Shown here in pieces: positions 18,367 to 26,801 of a DNA stretch of 64,000 nucleotides. Both the position numbers and the translations under genes were made by a program. The notes beneath the pieces were generated by a model that worked only from the letters and a program-made list of their open reading frames with translations, was not told where the DNA came from and did no database searches. Origin of the DNA: Dehalococcoidia bacterium (GTDB lineage: Bacteria; Chloroflexota; Dehalococcoidia; UBA6926); assembly GCA_965207115.1 (NCBI GenBank), contig CBDBLR010000003.1, positions 122,674 through 186,673 of the forward strand, in the 5' to 3' direction. Numbering within the stretch: position 1 is the stretch's first letter; each line of letters starts with the position of its first letter.

Positions 18367-18996
18367 GCGTTACCTCCTTGCTAAAAGCTCGTGCCGTTGC
18401 CGTTGAACCCGTGCCTCCGTTCCGAAGACGCACTCCGCCCACGGTCGAATGCCGGACGCGGGAGCTGGAGTGGGGTGAAAGAAGACGCAGCTCAGCCCAG
18501 GGTCTCTTCGCAGGGAAGCGACTCGGAGAAGCCGCAAGACGTGAAGCGGCCAGCCTGCTTCTCACTTGCAGACCGGCGCGTGTCGAAGCTGCGGGCTAGC
18601 TAGTCATAGCCATGCCGCAGACATGTCGAACCGGCCGAAGCGCAGGACGCACTTCGACCAGCTTGACGAGGACGAGACGCAGAGGGCGCTCCATCCTCAG
18701 AGTCCAGCGGATGAAGCGATCAACTCCAACGCGCCGGACCGATGCCCGACGGGAGGAGGACTCACGTCAAACTCCAGCCGCCGGACGTGGACCGAGGACG
18801 AAGGACCTACGTCAAACTTCGTCGTTTCGGCCCGTGCTGCTTGCGGAGAGCTACGTCGAATCCGCAGCGGCAGCAATTCCCTCGTGGGCGACCTTTCGGA
18901 GAGCGAATCATCCGTCAGGTCGGACCCGGGCAACAGGGATCGCGCCCCCAGGTTTCTATGGTCTGAAACCTTGGTTGAAAGCCAAACAGTGCAGAC

Positions 18997-19080
18997 ATTA
19001 TTACCGCAGCAAAGACCCGGTGTGAAGGCTTTCGGACAGTCCACGCCAACATCGTTCACAACACTTCACGGAAGTTCACA
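18997..19080 (-). promoter_or_regulatory. Candidate promoter of the 16-kb operon with upstream direct repeats
   Basis: Minus strand TTCACA (19026-19021), 18-nt spacer, AATAAT (19002-18997); TTCAC(A/G) boxes at 19055, 19065 and 19075 (10-bp period). Confidence 0.5.
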
Positions 19081-19108
19081 GGGAAGACGGAGCGGCAAAC
19101 CCGCCGGG

Positions 19109-19942
19109 CTATTTCCACCAGCGTCGGAGGGACAGCTTGTGCAGAAGCTCACGCTTTCTCAGCGCCCTCCGCGTGTCGGAGAGCGCTGTCCTTCGCCAGT
19201 TGACCTGCCCGTTCCGGTCGAATCCACGCAGCGGAAACGTCGCCGGGGGAAGCGTCAGCCCGTGGTCCTCCAGGAGCGTCAACTCAAGCGTCAGGAACCG
19301 TACCTCGGTGCGCAGCCAGGACAGGCTCTTTCCCTCGTCGGGATGGACGCCCTTCAGCTCCCGCCACTGGACGATCAACGGCCAGACCTCTCCGAACACA
19401 TCCTCGTCGTCCTCGGCGGGCTCCAACGTCACGAGGTCCGGGAACTCCCGCCTGAGCGACGCCCCCTTCTTCGGTGGCGTTCCGGCGCCGTTCGCCCTCG
19501 CCTCGCCCCCGGCGTTCCCCGCCGTCCCGCGCTCCGCCAGCGTCTTCTCCAGCTTGCGAAGCCCCTGGGCCACCTCCTCACGCACGGCTCGGATTGCATC
19601 CTCCCATGCCCTTCGACCAACCCGACACTCCTTGCCCTGCTCCTCGACGACGCCCTCCAGTTCTTCCAGACGGTCCGCCAGCTGGTCGTTGCGGTCCCGC
19701 TGCTCGGCGGCGGCTGAGCCCACCCCCGACTGGAGCGCCTTCTGCAGCTGGTTGCGGATGCGCCGCGTCAGCACACCCTCGTCGAGGCTGGCGTCCAGGG
19801 TCCTGCGGTCCACCCCCAGGATCTCGGCCGTCTTCTTCCGCCCGTTGTCCCGCTCCAGCTCCTGCAACAGCGACATCAGCCGCAGGTGGTGCATGTCCCG
19901 CACGCTCCTGCCCTTCTCGATGACGCCCTTTTCCGGTTCCAT
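19109..19942 (-). CDS. HTH + coiled-coil protein, paralog of 40152-41006
   Basis: KKTAEILGVDRRTL HTH; shared C-terminal domain VTLE...FG...W...GLTLPP...W; RBS aggaggagg. Confidence 0.8.
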   Translation of the reverse strand: MEPEKGVIEKGRSVRDMHHLRLMSLLQELERDNGRKKTAEILGVDRRTLDASLDEGVLTRRIRNQLQKALQSGVGSAAAEQRDRNDQLADRLEELEGVVEEQGKECRVGRRAWEDAIRAVREEVAQGLRKLEKTLAERGTAGNAGGEARANGAGTPPKKGASLRREFPDLVTLEPAEDDEDVFGEVWPLIVQWRELKGVHPDEGKSLSWLRTEVRFLTLELTLLEDHGLTLPPATFPLRGFDRNGQVNWRRTALSDTRRALRKRELLHKLSLRRWWK

Positions 19943-20387
19943 GAAGTCCTCCTCCTTTCACCGGCCCTGGTCCCAGGTTTCGGCCACGCACAAGGCCCGA
20001 CTTTTAACGGGCTGCGACATGTGGACCACCTGTAGGGGGAAATGCGGGATTCCAGCCCGTTTCCGCCCTTGCTTCATGCGGCCCACCCGCCCCCGTTTTG
20101 CGGAGCGAGACCGACCTGGGGACTTAAGTCGAAGTGTTCACAACTTCTGGGCCATTTCGGCCCCATTTGTTCCTGTTTCAGCTTTGCCGTGACCTCGCAG
20201 ACGACTTCGCAACAAACTTCGTTTCCTTGTACAGCCCCCATACTGCACGGGAGAGTGTCTTCTGCCAAGAACCTCAAAAGGGGCGACATTCTTGTCGTCC
20301 CTTTTGGGCAGTTTTCACCGTCATTTCGTTTGTTCAAACTCTGTTGCGAACGTTGCGAATCGTTGATTTGCGGCAATAGGCAGGGAG

Positions 20388-21002
20388 GTGAACGAGTTGG
20401 CGCTGAAATCGAAACTTCGGTCTTTCAGGCGGCTGATTCCCCTGGCATCCGCGCTGCTATTGGCGGCGCTATTGGCGATCCCCGCGAGCAACGTCGCCCT
20501 GGCCCAGAATCCGCCCGGCAACGAGATAACCCTCGTCAACGCGGACCGGGATTTCGTGGAGCGCAAGGGCGGCGGCGAGTTCGTCGCGCGTCCCGTCTTC
20601 GACCGGAAGATCGTGGTGCTCCACTACGCCGTCCGCGACGCCGACACCGGCGACTGGATAAGCGCCGTCTACCGGGTCAGTGGCGGCGAGAAGAAGAGAA
20701 GCGACGGTTGGGAGTACAGCTTCGAGTACCCGGCTCTCGACGAGCAGCCCGACCTCGACCCCGACCGGGCCTACCTGCTGGTGTTGCTGGCGGAGGCCGA
20801 GAACGGCAAACGGGGCGACTTCTACGCCGTCGTTCCCTTCCACGAGCCGGGACGCATCTGGGACAAGATTCTTAGCGCCCTCAACCCTGCGCGCTGGGCG
20901 AGGGCCTTCGCCGGCTGGGTGATCGAGGGCGTCCACGGCACGCTCTGCGGAGTGGTTGAAAGAGCCAGCGGCGAGGACGCCGACATCTGCGGAGGCGGGT
21001 AG
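20388..21002 (+). CDS. Exported protein, first gene of the conjugation operon
   Basis: RBS gggag with GTG start; signal peptide ending VALA-Q. Confidence 0.75.
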   Translation: MNELALKSKLRSFRRLIPLASALLLAALLAIPASNVALAQNPPGNEITLVNADRDFVERKGGGEFVARPVFDRKIVVLHYAVRDADTGDWISAVYRVSGGEKKRSDGWEYSFEYPALDEQPDLDPDRAYLLVLLAEAENGKRGDFYAVVPFHEPGRIWDKILSALNPARWARAFAGWVIEGVHGTLCGVVERASGEDADICGGG

Positions 21003-21005
21003 CCG

Positions 21006-21983
21006 ATGAGCGACATCCTCACCGGCACCCCGCCTGACCTCACCTACGCCCACGACCTGGTGCGTCAGGCTTGGATGGTCGTCTGGGCCATCACCTCCGG
21101 CGCCCTGGTGGTCATCCTCGGCTGGATGGGTTTGACCTTCATCATGTCCGAGCACCTGGGCAGCCGTCAGGCCGGGTGGCGGGAGATGGTGCCCCGCCTG
21201 GTGCTTGGCCTCGTCGCCGCCGCGTCGTCCCTCTGGTGGTGCGCCCTAGTCCTGGACGTCGCCGACGCCGTGTCGGGGTTCATTGCGGTCTCCTTGAACG
21301 TGACCGCCGGGGACCTGCTCCGCTCGACGCTCCGCACCCTCTTGACCGCCGTCAACGCCGGGAGCGTGGGCATGGCCCTGCTGCTGGCCCTTCTCTACCT
21401 CGTCTACGGCTTCTTCGTGCTCTACGTCATCGTGCAGATGGTCTTGAGGCTGGCCCTCATCGACATCCTCCTTGCCCTGGCGCCCATCGCGCTGGGGCTG
21501 TGGATTCTGCCGCACACGGCGGGATGGGGGCGGCACTGGCTGCGGCTGTTCATGACCACGGTGTTCCAGCAGGCCATCCAGCTCATCGCATTGGCCCTGG
21601 GGTTCGGGTTCCTAAATGAAGTGGCAGCCATCGCCGCCTTCGAGCCGGTGCAGGACCTGATCTGGAAGCTGCTGATGTCGCTGGCCTTCGTCTACATGGC
21701 GACGAGGGTGCCGTCGCTGCTGGGCAACGCCGGGACCTTCGATAGCTGGCTCTCGATGCTCTATTTCGGCATGAACCTCCCCGCGTCCTTCATGCGATCC
21801 GCCCGGACCATCGGGCTGGTGGCGGGCGGCGCGGCGGGAGGGCCGGGAGGCGCAGCGGTGGGAGCGATGGCCGCCAGCGCGGGGCTGTCGGCGGCGGGCA
21901 GCATCAGCTCGGCGGCTTCGATGGCGACCCCATCGGCGGGAGGAGACCCCGGCGGCGGAGCGCCCAGGAGCAGCGGCGAGTAG
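21006..21983 (+). CDS. VirB6/TrbL-like polytopic membrane protein
   Basis: Multiple TM helices, TPP and LAPIA...ILP.T..W...W motifs, Gly/Ala-rich tail. Confidence 0.8.
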   Translation: MSDILTGTPPDLTYAHDLVRQAWMVVWAITSGALVVILGWMGLTFIMSEHLGSRQAGWREMVPRLVLGLVAAASSLWWCALVLDVADAVSGFIAVSLNVTAGDLLRSTLRTLLTAVNAGSVGMALLLALLYLVYGFFVLYVIVQMVLRLALIDILLALAPIALGLWILPHTAGWGRHWLRLFMTTVFQQAIQLIALALGFGFLNEVAAIAAFEPVQDLIWKLLMSLAFVYMATRVPSLLGNAGTFDSWLSMLYFGMNLPASFMRSARTIGLVAGGAAGGPGGAAVGAMAASAGLSAAGSISSAASMATPSAGGDPGGGAPRSSGE

Positions 21984-22087
21984 CCGCAACAACACGACGG
22001 AGGCGCGGCGATGTGCAGCTAGGTGAGCCAACGAAACACCACCGATAGAGACGGGCGGAATGCCCGGAATCAGAGAGGAGACAACGA

Positions 22088-22375
22088 ATGGAACAACTGA
22101 CACAGACCATCTCGAACCTGGTGGGCATCCTGCTGGGCGTCGTGGGAGCCATAGGCGTGGGCTTCTTCATTTACGGGGCCTACCTGTACCTGACGGCCTC
22201 GGGAGCGCCCCACCAGATGGAGCGCGGCAAGAGCGCAATGATGACCGCCCTGGCGGGCGTCGTCCTGGCCCTGGTGGCCTACGGCGTCGTGGAGCTGGTG
22301 ATGAACGCGGTCGTGGACCCGGCAGTGGACGTCGAGCTTCCCACCCCGGCAACTCCCACCCCCGACGGCAGCTAG
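22088..22375 (+). CDS. VirB2/TrbC-like pilin
   Basis: Two hydrophobic helices around YLTASG...ERGK; RBS gaggag. Confidence 0.85.
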   Translation: MEQLTQTISNLVGILLGVVGAIGVGFFIYGAYLYLTASGAPHQMERGKSAMMTALAGVVLALVAYGVVELVMNAVVDPAVDVELPTPATPTPDGS

Positions 22376-22401
22376 GCGGACGTAAGGAAGGAGAACGATA
22401 G

Positions 22402-24138
22402 ATGAGAGAACACGAAGTGCCGACTCACGTCCAGGCCGAGGACCGGGTGCTTTTGGGATTCACCTTCCCGCAGATCGTGGCCATCACCGCGGTATGCGCC
22501 CTGTCCTACGGGGCCTACCGCTATGCCCCCGTCGGCCCGTCCGAGGTCCGCATGGCGATTGCCGTCGTCTTCGGGCTGGTGGGCATCGCCATGGTCGTGG
22601 GGAAGATAGGCGGTCGGCGGCTGCCCCTGGTGGCAGCCGACCTGCTCAAGTACCGGCTGGGGGCGCGGGTCTACGCAGGCCCTGTTTCCCAGCTGGTGCG
22701 GGCCGAGGCGCCGGCTCCGCCGCAGCCCACCAACAGGAGCGGTCCAGGCCCATTTCGGCTGATGGCGAAGAGGTCGAAGCGCGTCCTCCGCAGGCTGAGG
22801 AGCAGGAGGAAGCGCAGGGGGAAGTCCAAGGACCGGCGCGGCGAGCGGAGGCCCTTCCGGCCTCACGGCTGGTTCGGCAAGCGCCGCCCCAAGGCCGACC
22901 CGAACCGGGGCGGTCCCGGCCACAAGGCCGAGACGCTGGAGAGCAGGCGAAAGCCCCGCACGGGATGGGCGCCGGTCGTGGCCCTTGTCCTGGTGGCGAT
23001 GGCCGCGACCGTCCCCCAGGCCGTCCTCGCCCAGAGCCCGGACGATGAGCGCTGGCGGGAAGAGATCGACTTCGAGGTCACGGAGCCGGTGGAGGGACGG
23101 CGGATATTCGTCGAGGCGCTCACCGTCTCCGGCGACCGCGCCGCCGTCACCCTGCGGGCCGCCACCGACGTCGACATCCGCGTCCGGGCCTTTGGGGGGA
23201 GCGAGGGCCGCTCCCTCCGCTTCTGGGGCTCGGCAGCAGTGGCCGAGGGAGAGCGCATCGACTACTCCCTCCCCCTGCACGGACCCGTCCCGTCCTTCAC
23301 CGTGTCGTGGGAGGACACGCTGGGGCAGGCCGGGGCGCTGACGGTTGAGAACGAGCAGATCCCGTACCCGCTCCCCGAGATCGAGGGCTATCTCTGCGAC
23401 CTGAGAGTTGCTTCCCTGGGCTGGACGCCCGGAACGGTGAGTGGCGTGGTCGAGTCCGCGTGCGTGACGGGCATCGAGCACCCGGTGGAGCTTCAGACCG
23501 TCGCCGGGCACGAGAGCGTCATCGAGACGACGGTGATGGACGCCGGGGTGACGGCCATCACAGGGACGATCACCGCAACCATCGGAGGGTCCCAGGCTGC
23601 CGTTCCCTTCGTCCCCGACGGCGAGACCAGTTTCAGGCTGCCCGTGTCCACGGGAGAGGCGATGCACGCCGTGAGCGTGGACGTGAGCCTGGAGGCGAGC
23701 CTGAACATCCCCATTCCCCCGCTGACCGTGCTCACCCACCACCCGGAGCGGACGGAGCAGGTCAAAAGGACCGTGCAACTCCATCGCCCGGGGGACAGCG
23801 ACTCCGACACCCAGACGGCGACGGCCGCCTGCGAGGACGGCACAACGGAGACCGTCACCGCGACGGCCTACGCCCACGTACCCAGCGCCACCATCACCAG
23901 GGAGGTGACGGTGGACGTCCTGCACCCCGAGCACGTCAAGGCCGAGACGGTGGAGCGCGAGCCCGTCTCCCGCACGCGGGAGGAGTCCCTGTCACTGGCA
24001 TCCGCCATTGGCTCCGACGACCCCTACGCCGTCCTGGTCCTGCCCGAGCCTGAACCCAAAGACCCGCCCGCAGAGCAGGAACCGGCGGACGGGCTGCGCG
24101 GCTGGTTCGACGCCCTGGGATGGGAGTGGCCCTGGTGA
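22402..24138 (+). CDS. PrgI (VirB3-like) domain fused to a large extracellular domain
   Basis: HEVPTHVQAEDRVLLGFTFPQ plus two TM helices, then a basic linker, a second signal-like segment and a beta-rich domain. Confidence 0.75.
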   Translation: MREHEVPTHVQAEDRVLLGFTFPQIVAITAVCALSYGAYRYAPVGPSEVRMAIAVVFGLVGIAMVVGKIGGRRLPLVAADLLKYRLGARVYAGPVSQLVRAEAPAPPQPTNRSGPGPFRLMAKRSKRVLRRLRSRRKRRGKSKDRRGERRPFRPHGWFGKRRPKADPNRGGPGHKAETLESRRKPRTGWAPVVALVLVAMAATVPQAVLAQSPDDERWREEIDFEVTEPVEGRRIFVEALTVSGDRAAVTLRAATDVDIRVRAFGGSEGRSLRFWGSAAVAEGERIDYSLPLHGPVPSFTVSWEDTLGQAGALTVENEQIPYPLPEIEGYLCDLRVASLGWTPGTVSGVVESACVTGIEHPVELQTVAGHESVIETTVMDAGVTAITGTITATIGGSQAAVPFVPDGETSFRLPVSTGEAMHAVSVDVSLEASLNIPIPPLTVLTHHPERTEQVKRTVQLHRPGDSDSDTQTATAACEDGTTETVTATAYAHVPSATITREVTVDVLHPEHVKAETVEREPVSRTREESLSLASAIGSDDPYAVLVLPEPEPKDPPAEQEPADGLRGWFDALGWEWPW

Positions 24139-24452
24139 GGCGCCTCCTCTCGGCAACCCTCCTGGCCGGGGCTGCGCTGGCCACCACCGGCGCGGCCCCG
24201 CCGGAAGAACAGGCAATGCTCGACGCCTTCGACCGCGTGCTCACGGCGATGGCCTACGCGGGCTCCGGCCTCTGCGTCTTCGCCATCGTCTGGGCCGGGT
24301 TCGTCCTGATGGCCGAGGGCAGCGAGGAGCGCGGCGGGGGACGCGCCAAGTCCGCCGTCTTCCTGGCGGTGGTCGGCCTGGTGCTGGTCCTGTCGGCCAA
24401 GGGCGTGGCCGCCCTCCTGCGGAGTGGACTTGTTCCCATCCCTACACCCTAG
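24135..24452 (+). CDS. Second VirB2-like pilin
   Basis: GTGA overlap with the previous stop; IVWAGFVLM...RAK...AVVGLVLVL pilin pattern. Confidence 0.7.
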   Translation: MRRLLSATLLAGAALATTGAAPPEEQAMLDAFDRVLTAMAYAGSGLCVFAIVWAGFVLMAEGSEERGGGRAKSAVFLAVVGLVLVLSAKGVAALLRSGLVPIPTP

Positions 24453-24471
24453 AGATAAGGAATCTACCGAG

Positions 24472-26724
24472 TTGAAGAAGCTGCTTGAACGAATCACAAA
24501 ACGAGGAACGGAGCCCCCGCCGGAGGCGAACGCCGTCCCACAGGAGGCCCCGGCAGGAACGGTCGAGCCGACCCCTCCCAAGCTCCCGCCCGAGCTGCCC
24601 CTGTTCTTCATGCTCTCGCACCTCGAAGAGGACGGCCCGGTCCGTCTGGACGGGGTGAAGCTGGGCGTCTGCGAGGTGATGGGCCTTGAGCTGGACGAGC
24701 CGAAGCTGGGGGCCTTCGCCGGGGCGCTCAACGCCCTCGACTTCCCGGCCCAGCTGCTCATCCGGCAGCACCCGCCGCGCCTCGGAGGGATGCGCGAGAA
24801 GCTGAAGGAGACCCAGCCCGCCGACCTGCCCCCGCAGACGAGGGCGGCGGCCGAGTCCCTCCGGCGTCTCCTGACCGACCTTGAGGCGAGGGACGGCATC
24901 CTCGACCGGCGCTTCTACGCCGTCTGCGAGCACGCACGCATCGACGACCTGCGCGGCCTGCTGGCAAGGGCCAGGCTCTCCGTCCACCCCCTGAGAGGCC
25001 GCCAGCTTCGGATGTTTCTTGTGTCGGCGGCCCTGGGCGGCTCGCCCACCGACTTCGACGACGACGCAACCGTCGAGGTGGAGATCAACCGCCGCGACGT
25101 GCGCATCGGAGACCGCCTGGTCCGCTCCCTTCACCTGGGCAAGTGGCCCCGGTCGCTGGCCCCCGGCTTCCTCCAGGGGCTCATGGCGGCGGGCGCGCCG
25201 ATGGACCTGTCCGTCCACGTCGGGCCGATACCGGCTGAGCAGGCGGCCAGGACGCTGGAGTGGCAGAAGGTGCGCTTCGAGTCGGCCCAGTCCCTCTCCT
25301 TCAAGCGGGGCCGCACCATGTCCCCCGAGGCGGAGATCGCCCTGGAGGACATCACCCGGCTCAGGGACGAGGTGCAGCGGGGCAGGGAGAGGCTCTTTCA
25401 CTCCTCCCTGTCCGTGACCCTTCACGCGAAGGACGAGGCGTCGCTGAGGGAGATGACTCAGCGGGCCAAGGCCCACTTCGGCGCGACGTTGGGCAAGCTG
25501 GACAACCTGGCCTTCCGCCAGCGCGAGGGGCTGCTATCGACCCTGCCCCTGGCCCTGAACGCCGTGGCCGAGTGGCGCAGCCTGGACACGTCCAGCATCG
25601 CCCGTCTCTTTCCCTTCTCGCCGCCGGACCTGGACACCCGCTCCGGCACCCTCTACGGCATCGACATGCGGGCCTGCTCGCCGGTGGTCTACGACCCCTG
25701 GGACGGGACGCACCTCAACGCCAACACCGCCGTCCTCGCAAGGTCGGGCAGCGGCAAGTCATTTGCAACGAAGCTCGGAGTGCTCAGGGGACTGACGAGA
25801 GGCATCACCGCCTACGTCATCGACCCCGAGGGCGAGTACGCGGACATGGCCCGCGCCGCCGGAGGCCGGGTGCTCTCCCCCGGCGTGCCGGGCGAGGGCA
25901 TGAACCCCTTCGTCATCGAGCGGGGCGACTCCGAGGAGATGCTCCAGCGCATCGGCAGCCTCCGGCGCTTGATCGAAGTCATGGTCGGGGAGAGCCTCGG
26001 CGCGGAGCGCAGGGCCTCCCTCGATCACGCCCTGGCCGGCTACTACGCCCAGCCCCGCGAGCGCACCGGCTTCCGCGATTTCTACAAGTATCTGCAAGAG
26101 AGCGAGGCGGGAGCCCCCGACCTCGCAAGGCTGCTGAGGCCCTTCGCCACCGGCAGCCTCCGCAATCTGTTGTCCGACGAGGGCGACGACCTGCTGGGGA
26201 GCGAAGCTCTCGTAACGGTCTTCGACCTGCACCTGCTGGAGCCCGAGCTCCGGCCCGCCGCAGCGATGGTCTGCACCGAGACGGTGTGGGCCGCCGCCGC
26301 CCAGGACCCCAAGCCCCGCCTGCTGGTGGTGGACGAGGTGTGGTCGATCATGCAGCACCCCGAAGGCGCGGCCTTCATGGTCAGCATGGCGAAGCGGGCG
26401 AGGAAACACCGGTTGGGGTTGCAGTTCATCACCCAGGACGTCCAGGACCTCCTCTCCGAGGACTCTTCACGAACGATCACCGGCCATTCGGGAAGGGCGC
26501 TCCTCCAGAACGCCGCCTTCAAGCTCCTCCTCCAGCAGGACGCGGCGGCCATAAGCACCGTCGGCGACGCTTTCGACCTGCCGGAAGACCTCCAGAGATG
26601 GCTGCTGTCCTGCCCTCGCGGTGACGGGCTGCTGCTGGCGAGGGGACAGCGCTTCCCTGTGCGCATCGAGGCCACGCCGGAGGAGACCGAGGTCATCGAG
26701 TGGCGGCCGGAAGCACACCGATAG
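24472..26724 (+). CDS. virB4: VirB4-like conjugative ATPase
   Basis: ARSGSGKS, VIDPEGEY, LVVDEVW, RARKHRLGLQFITQ; TTG at 24472 after aagga is the likely start. Confidence 0.9.
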   Translation: MKKLLERITKRGTEPPPEANAVPQEAPAGTVEPTPPKLPPELPLFFMLSHLEEDGPVRLDGVKLGVCEVMGLELDEPKLGAFAGALNALDFPAQLLIRQHPPRLGGMREKLKETQPADLPPQTRAAAESLRRLLTDLEARDGILDRRFYAVCEHARIDDLRGLLARARLSVHPLRGRQLRMFLVSAALGGSPTDFDDDATVEVEINRRDVRIGDRLVRSLHLGKWPRSLAPGFLQGLMAAGAPMDLSVHVGPIPAEQAARTLEWQKVRFESAQSLSFKRGRTMSPEAEIALEDITRLRDEVQRGRERLFHSSLSVTLHAKDEASLREMTQRAKAHFGATLGKLDNLAFRQREGLLSTLPLALNAVAEWRSLDTSSIARLFPFSPPDLDTRSGTLYGIDMRACSPVVYDPWDGTHLNANTAVLARSGSGKSFATKLGVLRGLTRGITAYVIDPEGEYADMARAAGGRVLSPGVPGEGMNPFVIERGDSEEMLQRIGSLRRLIEVMVGESLGAERRASLDHALAGYYAQPRERTGFRDFYKYLQESEAGAPDLARLLRPFATGSLRNLLSDEGDDLLGSEALVTVFDLHLLEPELRPAAAMVCTETVWAAAAQDPKPRLLVVDEVWSIMQHPEGAAFMVSMAKRARKHRLGLQFITQDVQDLLSEDSSRTITGHSGRALLQNAAFKLLLQQDAAAISTVGDAFDLPEDLQRWLLSCPRGDGLLLARGQRFPVRIEATPEETEVIEWRPEAHR

Positions 26725-26801
26725 GAAGGGCGAGGACGCAAAACAGGCAAGAAAGCAACCACGGACACATAGAGGGAACGCCAATAGAGAGGAGTGGAGC
26801 A

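Noticed and set aside
18566-19717. 383-aa plus-strand ORF and other ORFs over the leader
   Set aside because: No RBS or motif, and it overlaps the real minus-strand gene 19109-19942.
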